From Gammaproteobacteria bacterium (lineage in GTDB: Bacteria; Pseudomonadota; Gammaproteobacteria; JABABF01): 64,000 nt of DNA. Below the pieces are notes generated by a model. That model saw nothing but the letters and a program-made list of their open reading frames with translations, did no database searches and had not been told where the DNA came from. The first letter of the stretch is position 1, and each line of letters begins with the position of its first letter. Of the stretch, positions 11,060-19,898 are shown piece by piece. Both the position numbers and the translations under genes were made by a program. The stretch spans positions 128,001 to 192,000 of the forward strand of contig OZ250153.1 of assembly GCA_965237805.1 (NCBI GenBank), given 5' to 3'.

Positions 11060-12436
11060 GTGCGCTACCTGCCGCTGTGCCTCGATCTGAGAGGTCGCCG
11101 ATGCCTGCTATTGGGCGCTGGCGACGCTGCGCATCGACGCGCTGAATTGCTACTGCGCACCGGTGCCCAGCTGCGGCTGGTGGCACCGGCAATCGCCCCA
11201 TCTTTGGCAGCGGTGGTGAGCGCCAGCGGTGGCAGCTGCCACCAGCGCGACTACTGCGAGCAAGATTTGGAGTCAGTGGTGCTGGCTGTCGGTGCCAGTG
11301 GCGATGAGCTGCTTGATCAGCGCTTAGCTGCAGATGCCAGCCGCCGTGGCATCTTGGTCAATATCGTCGATCGCAGTGAATTGTGCAGCGCCATATTCCC
11401 AGCCATCATCGACCGATCGCCTTTTTTGATCAGCGTCACCAGCGGTGCTGAGGCGCCGGGGCTGAGCCGTGCTCTACGCGGGCGGCTTGAGGCTTGCTTG
11501 CCCGAGCATTGGCGCACGCTGGGCGATTTTGCCTCCGGGCTTAGGGAGTCAGTGCGTCGGCGTCTGCCGGAGGCCACACGCCGACGGCGCTTCTGGGAAT
11601 GGCTGGCGGATGGTCCTGTCGCCTCGCTGCTGGCAGCTGGCCGCCGCGAGGATGCCGCGCTGGCTGCCGAAAAGGCCTTGGCGGAGGGGGAGGGGGCGGT
11701 GTCTCAGGGCGAGGTATTCTTGGTCGGTGCCGGTCCGGGGGATCCCGATTTGTTGACTTTGCGTGCGCTCCAGCTGTTGCAATCCGCCGACATCATTTTC
11801 TATGACCGCTTGGTGAGCGATGCCGTGTTGGAGCGCGCACGGCGCGATGCCGAGCGGGTCTGCGTCGGCAAAGCGCCGAAATCCCACTCCGTGCCCCAAG
11901 AGCAGATCAATCAATTATTGATCGAGCGGGCGCGCTCCGGGCAGCGCGTGTTGCGACTCAAGGGCGGCAACCCCTTCATTTTTGGGCGCGGTGGCGAGGA
12001 GATCGAACAGTTGGCCGCCGCAGGCATTCCATTTCAAATCGTGCCCGGCATAGGTGCCGCAGAGGGGGCCGCTTGCCATGCGGGTATTCCGTTGACGCAT
12101 CGCGACTGCGCCGATTCGGTACGCTTCCTGTCGGGGCATTTGCGCGACGGCAGCTGTGATGCGCCGTGGGCACAGCTGATGGAGCCGCGTCAGACCTTGG
12201 TGTTCTACATGGCGCTCGGTGCACATGCGGAAATCTGTGGGCAGCTGATCGCTCACGGCATGGCCGCTGAGCGGCCAGCGGCACTGGTCGAGCGCGCCAC
12301 CATGCCAGACCAGCGCGTCACAGCCGCCACGCTGCACACATTGCCCGAGCAGCTGGCTGCCGATGTGTCCGGGCCAGCGCTGTTGATCATCGGCGAAGTG
12401 ATCGCCAAGCGCCGCATGCTCGCCTGGCGCAGCTAG
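11060..12436 (+). CDS. cysG: Siroheme synthase (multifunctional CysG)
   Basis: GTG start giving MRYLPLCLDL; dehydrogenase/chelatase N-domain; methyltransferase motifs LVGAGPGDPDLLT and GRGGEE. Confidence 0.93.
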   Translation: MRYLPLCLDLRGRRCLLLGAGDAAHRRAELLLRTGAQLRLVAPAIAPSLAAVVSASGGSCHQRDYCEQDLESVVLAVGASGDELLDQRLAADASRRGILVNIVDRSELCSAIFPAIIDRSPFLISVTSGAEAPGLSRALRGRLEACLPEHWRTLGDFASGLRESVRRRLPEATRRRRFWEWLADGPVASLLAAGRREDAALAAEKALAEGEGAVSQGEVFLVGAGPGDPDLLTLRALQLLQSADIIFYDRLVSDAVLERARRDAERVCVGKAPKSHSVPQEQINQLLIERARSGQRVLRLKGGNPFIFGRGGEEIEQLAAAGIPFQIVPGIGAAEGAACHAGIPLTHRDCADSVRFLSGHLRDGSCDAPWAQLMEPRQTLVFYMALGAHAEICGQLIAHGMAAERPAALVERATMPDQRVTAATLHTLPEQLAADVSGPALLIIGEVIAKRRMLAWRS

Positions 12437-12447
12437 CGGGGACACAG

Positions 12448-13815
12448 TTGATGTCTGAGCGGGCGGACTGCGATCTTTTTGTCATCGGTGGCGGCTCGGG
12501 CGGTGTGCGTGCTGCCCGCGTCGCGGCGGCGGCCGGTGCTAGGGTGTTACTCGCCGAGCGCGGTGCGTTGGGCGGCAGCTGTGTCAATCTCGGTTGCATC
12601 CCTAAGAAATATATGTATTACGCAGCTGAGTATGGTGCCAGCTTGAAGCAGGCGCAGGACTACGGCTGGCAGGGTGGCGGCGGCGAGGCGAGTTTTGACT
12701 GGCCGTATTTCCTCGCCGCCCGTGATGCCGAGCTGCGGCGGTTGAACGGTGTCTACGAGGCTGGCTTGGCCACTGTGGGTGTGCAGCTGTTGCGCGGTTC
12801 GGCGAGTCTGCGGGGGCCGCACAGCGTGGCGGTGGGCGATCGCGGCTATCGGGCGCAGTCTATTTTGTTGGCCGTGGGAAGCGAACCGTGGTTGCCGTCG
12901 CAGCTGGCGGGGCAGGCGGGGGTGCTGTCCTCGGATGAGTTTTTGCAGCTGCGCCAACTACCCAAACGCTTGGCCGTGGTCGGTGGTGGTTATATCGCGG
13001 TGGAACTGGCTTCGATCATGTCGGGGCTCGGCGTCGACTGCACATTGCTACACCGGGGTGAACTGTTCCTGCGTGGCTTCGACCACGGCCTGTGCGTTTT
13101 TCTGCGCGATGCCCTGCGTGCCACCGGTCTGCAGCTGCGCTTCAATACTGAGGTCGAGGGGCTGAGCGAGCGGGAGGAGGGTATCGAGCTGCGGTTGTCC
13201 CGTGGCGCACCCTTGCGCGTCGACTGTGTGCTGTGTGCCACTGGCCGCCATCCGGCATTAGGTGGTTTGGGGCTGGAGCACAGTGCCGTGACGCTCGATG
13301 CCAGCGGTGCCATTCGCGTCGGTTCCGATTGGCGCAGCGATGAGCCTTCCATATTTGCCGTCGGTGATGCCATCAGCGGTCCGGCGCTGACCCCGGTGGC
13401 GATCGCCGCTGGTGAGGCGCTGGCGCGCCGACTGTTCGAGAATGCTCCTTTGGCACCCGGCTACAGCGAGGTGCCGACCGCGGTCTTCTCGCGTCCCGCG
13501 CTGGCATCTGTCGGACTGAGCGAAGAAGAGGCGAGGGCGCTGCACGGTGATGACATCGTCGTGCGCGAATCTCGTTTTGTGCCGATGAAGCAACAGCTAT
13601 TCAGTGCGCAGCCGATCGCCAACCTGATCAAAATCGTGGCCTTGCCAGGCAGTTCAGCTCGGGTTTTGGGGCTACATATGGTTGGTGCCGACGCACCGGA
13701 GATCATTCAGTCATTGACGGTGGCGATGCAGGCTGGCTGTTGTCTCAGAGAGCTGCAGCAGAGCTTGGCTCTGCATCCGACCACAGCGGAAGAATTTTTG
13801 TTCTGTGCCCGTTGA
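12448..13815 (+). CDS. gor: Glutathione-disulfide reductase
   Basis: GGGSGGVRAAR, GGSCVNLGCIPKK, GGGYIAVE, C-terminal HPTTAEEF. Confidence 0.92.
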   Translation: MMSERADCDLFVIGGGSGGVRAARVAAAAGARVLLAERGALGGSCVNLGCIPKKYMYYAAEYGASLKQAQDYGWQGGGGEASFDWPYFLAARDAELRRLNGVYEAGLATVGVQLLRGSASLRGPHSVAVGDRGYRAQSILLAVGSEPWLPSQLAGQAGVLSSDEFLQLRQLPKRLAVVGGGYIAVELASIMSGLGVDCTLLHRGELFLRGFDHGLCVFLRDALRATGLQLRFNTEVEGLSEREEGIELRLSRGAPLRVDCVLCATGRHPALGGLGLEHSAVTLDASGAIRVGSDWRSDEPSIFAVGDAISGPALTPVAIAAGEALARRLFENAPLAPGYSEVPTAVFSRPALASVGLSEEEARALHGDDIVVRESRFVPMKQQLFSAQPIANLIKIVALPGSSARVLGLHMVGADAPEIIQSLTVAMQAGCCLRELQQSLALHPTTAEEFLFCAR

Positions 13816-13875
13816 GCTGGTGGGATCAGCATCCCGGTGTCCGCTCCATATTTGGCCTAGCTGGGTGGAGCTGTT

Positions 13876-15948
13876 TTACAATTGCCGCAACGCGATGAAA
13901 TCCAACAAAAGTTCGGCGCTTTCGTGCAATAGCGGTTTGGCATCGGCATCGTATTGGCGCAGATCGTTGAGCAATTTGTGCTCTTGCTCGCGCTGCTGAG
14001 ATAGCTGGCGACGCCCTTGCTCCCACAACGGGATGCGTGTGTCTTGTTGCTTGTGTTGTTTGAAGAGCTCGGCGCGCTTTCTGAGGTATTGAAACTCGGG
14101 CTGCTGTGCTGTGCGCACACGGTGCTGCCGACGCAGCTCGGGCAGATAGCGATCGATATCGTAGTAATGGCGATGGCGCACCGAGGCGATGAGATCCCAT
14201 TGCATGGCATTGTCCAAGCTGCTCTCGCCAATTTCAGCAGCATCGTAACTGGGCGGAAAGAGCACATCTGGTTTGATGCCATGCAGTTGAGTGCTGTCTC
14301 CGGAAATGCGGTAGAACTTGGCGTCGGTCAGCCTCACTTGGCCAGCGCTCAGACTTTGCAAAGACTGCACAGTGCCTTTGCCGTAGGAGGGAGTGCCGAT
14401 GATCAGACCGCGGTCGTAATCCTGTATCGCGGCGGTAAAAATCTCGGCAGCGGAAGCGCTGAGACGGTTGATCAGCACCACTAGTGGCCAGTCGTAATAA
14501 GGCCCCCGGCGGATCTTCCCTTGGCGCAGTATGTGGTTGTTGCTCTGGCGCACTTGGACCACCGGGCCTTGGGAGATGAACAGGCCGGTGAGTGCGTTTG
14601 CCTCCTGTAGCGAGCCGCCACCATTGCCGCGCAAATCGATGATCAGGCCGGTGATGCCATCGTCGTGTGCTTGATTTGTTTCGTCTTGCTGACGCATTTC
14701 GCTGAGCAGGCGTAGCACGTCCCGCGTCGTGCTGCGGTAACCGACCTCACCGTTTTCGTAGGCGCGGAAATCCAAATAAAAGGAGGGGATGCGCAGTACG
14801 CCGATGCGGTAGGTGCTACTGCTGCGGCGTAGTTCGATCACTTGGCTCTGTGCGGCTTGGCTCTCCAATTTGACACTATCGCGCACGATCGACACCACCC
14901 GCGTGCCCGTGGCATCAGTGATTTCGGCACCCGGTGCCAATAGCCGCAGACGCACGGTGCTGCCGCGCTCACCGCGTATGCGCGCGACGACATCATCCAG
15001 CCGCCAGCCGGTGACCTGAACGAAGTCGCCAGCGTCCCCTTGGGCGATGGCAACGATATGGTCACCAGCCTTCAATTCCCCTTGATGCTCTGCTGGCCCG
15101 CCCTTGACCAGCTGCACCACCTGGGTGTAATCGCCGTTGCGACGCAGGGTGGCACCGATGCCCTCTAACGATAAGCTCATCGAGATGCGAAAATTTTCAG
15201 AGGATCTTGGTGACATATAATATGTATGTGCATCATATAATTGTGCGTATGAATTAAGGAATAAATTGACCACATCGTCGGCTTTCATTTCGTGCGTACG
15301 ATCGCGTTCGGTCGTGATTTGTTGGCGCAGCTTGATCAATTGTGTCGCTGTGCTCTCGCCGCTGATAATCAATCCCAGCAGTCGGTGTTGTAGGCGTTGT
15401 CGCCAGCGTTCGCTCAATGCGGCATCGTCAGCCGCCCATGGTCGCTTGCCGGGATCGGACAGTAAATATTCTTCGTGTTGCAGCTGCAGAGTCGCCACGC
15501 GTGATTCCAAGCTGGCCAACTCTAAGTCGAGCAGGCTGAGCAGACGCTTGCGATAGTAGTTAAAAATAGTGAAGGCTGGCACCAGATTGCCAGCGCGCAA
15601 GGCATCATCGAGCGATTTTCGGTGTTGGCCAAAGGCGGCGACATCGCTCTTGCGGAACACTAGGCGTTCTCCGTCCACCTTGTCCACATAGCTTGCTAAG
15701 AGGCGCTCGGACAGGGCATCGTCCACTGATATTTTGAGGTAGTGGCGAGCCCGTAAGCGTTGTGTGAGCTCGCGCGTTACCCGCTGGTGTTGCAGGCTTG
15801 GCATCAAATGTTCTACTTTGTTGATAGCGACGGCGGGCGAGTCCTTGGCCATTGCTGTTGTGAAGAGGGCAGTTGCGCAGCTCGCCAACCCGAATGCGAT
15901 GCCCAGCCGCAATCGACGATGATTTAACATAATATATATTCTACGCAC
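13876..15948 (-). CDS. prc: Carboxy-terminal processing (tail-specific) protease, S41 family; start at GTG 15948, ATG 15930 or TTG 15912
   Basis: Signal peptide, DAHTYY, SLEGIGA, PDZ domain, DLRGNGGGSL, SASAAEI, GKGTVQ, STQLHGIKPD. Confidence 0.93.
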   Translation of the reverse strand: MRRIYIMLNHRRLRLGIAFGLASCATALFTTAMAKDSPAVAINKVEHLMPSLQHQRVTRELTQRLRARHYLKISVDDALSERLLASYVDKVDGERLVFRKSDVAAFGQHRKSLDDALRAGNLVPAFTIFNYYRKRLLSLLDLELASLESRVATLQLQHEEYLLSDPGKRPWAADDAALSERWRQRLQHRLLGLIISGESTATQLIKLRQQITTERDRTHEMKADDVVNLFLNSYAQLYDAHTYYMSPRSSENFRISMSLSLEGIGATLRRNGDYTQVVQLVKGGPAEHQGELKAGDHIVAIAQGDAGDFVQVTGWRLDDVVARIRGERGSTVRLRLLAPGAEITDATGTRVVSIVRDSVKLESQAAQSQVIELRRSSSTYRIGVLRIPSFYLDFRAYENGEVGYRSTTRDVLRLLSEMRQQDETNQAHDDGITGLIIDLRGNGGGSLQEANALTGLFISQGPVVQVRQSNNHILRQGKIRRGPYYDWPLVVLINRLSASAAEIFTAAIQDYDRGLIIGTPSYGKGTVQSLQSLSAGQVRLTDAKFYRISGDSTQLHGIKPDVLFPPSYDAAEIGESSLDNAMQWDLIASVRHRHYYDIDRYLPELRRQHRVRTAQQPEFQYLRKRAELFKQHKQQDTRIPLWEQGRRQLSQQREQEHKLLNDLRQYDADAKPLLHESAELLLDFIALRQL

Positions 15949-15949
15949 A
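15922..15949 (-). other. dif: dif site (XerC/XerD chromosome dimer resolution site)
   Basis: Minus strand reads TGTGCGTAGAA-TATATA-TTATGTTAAAT. The XerD arm is identical to E. coli dif, the spacer is 6 bp, and the XerC arm matches GGTGCGCATAA at 8/11. Confidence 0.88.
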
Positions 15950-16095
15950 ATCCACTATGGCAGATGTGCCAGTATAGCCGATGGTGGGCTATCAGGGCGT
16001 TTTGGCGGTGCTGGAGCTGCCTTGGATGCCTCCTCACCTATGCTAGAGTACGGGCACCTAGGCCGCGATGGGCGCGGCGATACGGTGCCATCCAT

Positions 16096-17646
16096 ATGTC
16101 TGATCACGACACTCCTCGAAGTTGGGGGCAATCCCTGTTGAGCTCGTTTTTGGGGAATAGCCCGCTTTGGTACAAATACACCATCATCGGCTTCTTGTTG
16201 CTAAACCCGCTGGTGTTGTGGGGCTTGGAGACCTTGCTGCCGTCTGCGAGTGCGCCCAGCTTGGGCATGAGCATCACCGCGTGGATGCTCCTGCTGGAGT
16301 TTATCTTCAGCTTGGCGATGGCGCGGCACTGTTATCCCTTGCAACCCGGTGGCCTGCTGGCGCTGGAGGCGGTGTTCCTCGGTCTCACCAGTCCCGGCCA
16401 TGTTTACCAAGAGCTATTACAGAACTTCGAGGTCCTTTTGTTGTTGATGTTCATGGTCGCGGGTATTTATTTCATGCGCCAGCTGCTGTTGATGCTATTC
16501 AGCCGTCTGTTGGTCTCTGTACCGTCGCAAACCCAGCTGTCGCTGATGTTTTGTGGAATGGCGGCACTGTTGTCGGCCTTTCTCGATGCGCTGACGGTGA
16601 TGGCCGTGCTGATCAGTATCGGTGTCGGCTTCTATCAGGTATACCACCAAGCGGTCACTGGTGTCGCGCTCGATCTGGACGCCCCGCAGCGCGAGGAGCT
16701 GCCAGACAGCGCACGTGTCGACTTGGAACAATTCGCCCGTGCGTTGCGCGGTCTGCTGATGCACGGTGCGGTGGGTACTGCGATCGGCGGTGTGTGCACC
16801 TTGGTCGGCGAACCGCAAAACCTGCTGATCGGCAGTCGTATGTCGTGGCATTTCATGGATTTCTTCTGGCATATGGCACCGGTCACGATGCCGGTGGTGG
16901 TGGTGGGTTTGCTCTGTTGCGTGTTGCTGGAGAGCAGTGGTCGCTTCGGCTACGGCACGGCCATCCCCCAGCGGGTGCACCAATGTCTGCGCGACTATGT
17001 GGCTCAGGAGCACGCCACGCGTACGCCGCGCCAAGCCCATGCGCTGGTCGTGCAGGCTGTTGGTGGCATGTTGCTGGTGGTAGCGCTGGCGCTACATATC
17101 GCGCCGATCGGGCTGATCGGGCTCGGTCTGATCGTGTTTCTGACCGCTTTCAACGGTGTGGTCAATGAGCGCGAGCTGGGGTCAGCCTTCCACGAAGCTC
17201 TGCCTTTCACTGCCTTGTTGGTCGTTTTTTTCGTCATTGTCGCTGTCATCGGCGATCAGCAATTGTTCAGTGCTGCGATCGCTGCAGCGCTGTCCTTGGA
17301 AAGCGCTGGTGCCCAGCGCATCGCTTTTTTCATGAGCAGTGGTGCCCTGTCCATCATCAGCGACAATGTCTTTGTCGCCACCATCTATATGAACGAACTC
17401 TCCGACAGCTTGCGCACCGGTGCCATCAGTCGTGCGCGAGCCGAGGAGCTGGCGGTGGCCATCAATACCGGCACCAACTTGGCCAGCGTCGGCACCCCCA
17501 ATGGTCAGGCGGCCTTCCTGTTTCTGCTGACCTCCAGCTTGGCACCCCTGATTGAACTGTCCTACGGACGCATGGTGTGGATGGCATTGCCCTACACCGT
17601 TGTGCTCAGTCTCTCTGGCCTACTCGCCTTGCGTTTCATGCTCTAG
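16096..17646 (+). CDS. nhaB: Na+/H+ antiporter NhaB
   Basis: FLGNSP.WYK, CYPLQPGGLLA, LSAFLDALTV, GEPQNL, ISDNVFV, GTNLASVGTPNGQAAFLFLLTS. Confidence 0.96.
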   Translation: MSDHDTPRSWGQSLLSSFLGNSPLWYKYTIIGFLLLNPLVLWGLETLLPSASAPSLGMSITAWMLLLEFIFSLAMARHCYPLQPGGLLALEAVFLGLTSPGHVYQELLQNFEVLLLLMFMVAGIYFMRQLLLMLFSRLLVSVPSQTQLSLMFCGMAALLSAFLDALTVMAVLISIGVGFYQVYHQAVTGVALDLDAPQREELPDSARVDLEQFARALRGLLMHGAVGTAIGGVCTLVGEPQNLLIGSRMSWHFMDFFWHMAPVTMPVVVVGLLCCVLLESSGRFGYGTAIPQRVHQCLRDYVAQEHATRTPRQAHALVVQAVGGMLLVVALALHIAPIGLIGLGLIVFLTAFNGVVNERELGSAFHEALPFTALLVVFFVIVAVIGDQQLFSAAIAAALSLESAGAQRIAFFMSSGALSIISDNVFVATIYMNELSDSLRTGAISRARAEELAVAINTGTNLASVGTPNGQAAFLFLLTSSLAPLIELSYGRMVWMALPYTVVLSLSGLLALRFML

Positions 17647-17689
17647 GGTGTCAGAGCGCTCGGTAGTGTCTGCATGCGGCACTGGCCGT

Positions 17690-18409
17690 TTAGGGTGCGC
17701 TGCGGTCGCCGGCACCATCCTCGTCCCATTGGCAGTGACCGTTGCGTTGTTGCAGCTCGCTTAGGAAAAGACGGTGTTGCTCCAGCTCCGCCTCGCTGGC
17801 TGCCAGCACCGGCGAGCCGCGGCACACCCTGCCTTTCTGAGCTGCGTGCACCACGCCGGGATTGAGGGTGTCCAAGCGCAGCTGCCCGCGACTCATCGCC
17901 AAGTAGACGCGGGCGAGCAATTGTGCATCGAGCAGCGCACCGTGGCGCTCACGCGCTGAGAGGTCGATTTGGTGGCGGCGGCACAATTCGTTCAGGCTGT
18001 TGCCCTGTCCCGGATGGCGTCGTCGTGCCAGCATCAAGCTGTCGATCACTTTGGCGGCATACTCGCTCAGGCATCGCACATCGCCAGCACGCTTCAATTC
18101 GGCATCGAGAAAGCCGATGTCAAAAGGCGCGTTGTGGGCGATCAGTTCTGCGCCGCTAACAAAGGCAAGGAACTCCTCGCGGATCTCGGCGAAACGCGGT
18201 TGCCCAGAGAGAAAATCGTCGCTGAGGCCGTGCACCGCCAATGCCGCTTCCGACACGGGGCGTTCGGGGTTCAGGAAGACTTGGTATTGCTGTCCCAAGC
18301 GCCGGTCGATGATCTCGACACAGCCGATCTCCACCACCCGGTGCCCTGCCGCCGGATCGAGGCCAGTGGTCTCGGTGTCGATGGCAATTTGGCGGCCAGT
18401 ATGATCCAT
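17690..18409 (-). CDS. dnaQ: DNA polymerase III epsilon subunit
   Basis: DTETTG, AHNAPFD, HGALLDAQLLA DEDDh motifs. Confidence 0.97.
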   Translation of the reverse strand: MDHTGRQIAIDTETTGLDPAAGHRVVEIGCVEIIDRRLGQQYQVFLNPERPVSEAALAVHGLSDDFLSGQPRFAEIREEFLAFVSGAELIAHNAPFDIGFLDAELKRAGDVRCLSEYAAKVIDSLMLARRRHPGQGNSLNELCRRHQIDLSARERHGALLDAQLLARVYLAMSRGQLRLDTLNPGVVHAAQKGRVCRGSPVLAASEAELEQHRLFLSELQQRNGHCQWDEDGAGDRSAP

Positions 18410-18421
18410 TGCTAACCCACC

Positions 18422-18907
18422 TCAGCCCGCGGGCGGCACGCTGGCGCGAGCCAGCTGATCGACGCGTTCATTTTCCGGGTGCCCGTCGTGGGCACGCACC
18501 CAAGCCCAGCGAACCCGGTGGCGCTGGACTGCCGCGTCCAAGGCGAGCCACAGCTCGACATTTTTGACCGGGCGCTTGGCACTGGTGCGCCAATTGTTGC
18601 GTTTCCAGCGCGGCAACCACTGGGTGATGCCCTGCTGCAGATAACTGGAATCTGTGGTCAGCACCACTTCGGATGGGCGCCGCAGCTGCTCTAGCGCCCG
18701 CAGCGCCGCCGTCATTTCCATCCGGTTATTGGTGGTCTGTGGGTCGCCTCCACACAGCTCCCGTTCCGTTGTGCCATAGCGTAGCAGCGCGGCCCATCCG
18801 CCCGGCCCTGGATTGCCCAAGCAGGAGCCGTCTGTGAAGATCTCGACCACTCCCTTCGCCAGCATCTCCGGCGGCTTATAATCTGTGGTGGGGTGTCGTT
18901 TAGTCAT
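18422..18907 (-). CDS. rnhA: Ribonuclease HI
   Basis: [33 protein letters not shown]; start may be 18865. Confidence 0.97.
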   Translation of the reverse strand: MTKRHPTTDYKPPEMLAKGVVEIFTDGSCLGNPGPGGWAALLRYGTTERELCGGDPQTTNNRMEMTAALRALEQLRRPSEVVLTTDSSYLQQGITQWLPRWKRNNWRTSAKRPVKNVELWLALDAAVQRHRVRWAWVRAHDGHPENERVDQLARASVPPAG

Positions 18908-18974
18908 TCGAGCATGGTGGTCGGAGATTGCGCGATCCCATCGATTTGGCCGGGTGCAGGCAATGGGGCGGACG

Positions 18975-19763
18975 ATGTTGGAATTCTACCCGGTGCCCGC
19001 CTTCGAAGATAATTATCTGTGGCTGATCACGCGCGCTGGCAACGACGGGGCTTTTATTGTTGACCCCGGCGATGCGGCACCAGTGATCGCGGAGTTGGCG
19101 CGCCGCAGCTTGTCGCTGGCCGGTATTTTACTGACCCATCACCATTTCGACCACACCGGTGGTATCGATGCCCTGCTGAGCCGCTGGCCGGTACCGGTGG
19201 CGGGCCCCGACAATCCGGTGATTGGGCAGCTGAGCCAAGTGTTGGCCGAGGGCGATCGTGTGTCGGTGCTGGGGGCAGAGTTCGAAGTGTTAGCCGTGCC
19301 CGGTCACACCTTGGATCATATCGCACTGTTCTACCCCGGGGACGGGGGTGGAGAAGCACCCGCCCTGCTCTGTGGAGACACTTTGTTCGCTGGTGGTTGT
19401 GGGCGGTTGTTCGAGGGCACCGCGGCGCAGATGTGGGCATCGTTGTGCAAGCTGGCGCAGCTGCCGGCGGCGACCCGTGTCTACTGCGCTCACGAATACA
19501 CGCTGGCAAACCTGCGCTTTGCGCGTGCAGCTGAGCCGGACAATAGCGATTTGGAGCGGCGTTGGGACGCAGCCGATGCCAGTCGGCGGCAGGGGCAGCC
19601 AACCCTCCCCTCCACCATCGCTCTAGAGCGTGCCACCAATCCCTTTTTGCGCTGCATGGAAATCACCACTGGCTCCGCAATGCCAGCAGAGCTGGGTGCG
19701 GGGCCATTTGATACACCGGAACAGGCTTTTGCCGCCCTGCGTGAGTGGAAAGATCGTTTTTAG
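18975..19763 (+). CDS. gloB: Hydroxyacylglutathione hydrolase (glyoxalase II)
   Basis: [48 protein letters not shown]. Confidence 0.96.
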   Translation: MLEFYPVPAFEDNYLWLITRAGNDGAFIVDPGDAAPVIAELARRSLSLAGILLTHHHFDHTGGIDALLSRWPVPVAGPDNPVIGQLSQVLAEGDRVSVLGAEFEVLAVPGHTLDHIALFYPGDGGGEAPALLCGDTLFAGGCGRLFEGTAAQMWASLCKLAQLPAATRVYCAHEYTLANLRFARAAEPDNSDLERRWDAADASRRQGQPTLPSTIALERATNPFLRCMEITTGSAMPAELGAGPFDTPEQAFAALREWKDRF

Positions 19764-19816
19764 CGGCAATTGCCCAGATCGGTGTGCCGATGGGCGCGTT
19801 TTGCGTCTGATACGAT

Positions 19817-19846
19817 TTGACAACCCCGCGCTATGAGGCCGATAAT
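19817..19846 (+). promoter_or_regulatory. Sigma70-type promoter upstream of mltD
   Basis: TTGACA (19817-19822), 18-nt spacer, GATAAT (19841-19846); AAGAGGA RBS before ATG 19899. Confidence 0.6.
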
Positions 19847-19898
19847 AGGGCGGATAAGCATTGTCGCACCCCCTCCCCTCCATCAAGAGGATGCTGGA

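Noticed and set aside
16167-17168. 333-aa alternative-frame ORF within nhaB
   Set aside because: Arg/Ala/Gly-rich off-frame product typical of GC-rich coding sequence.
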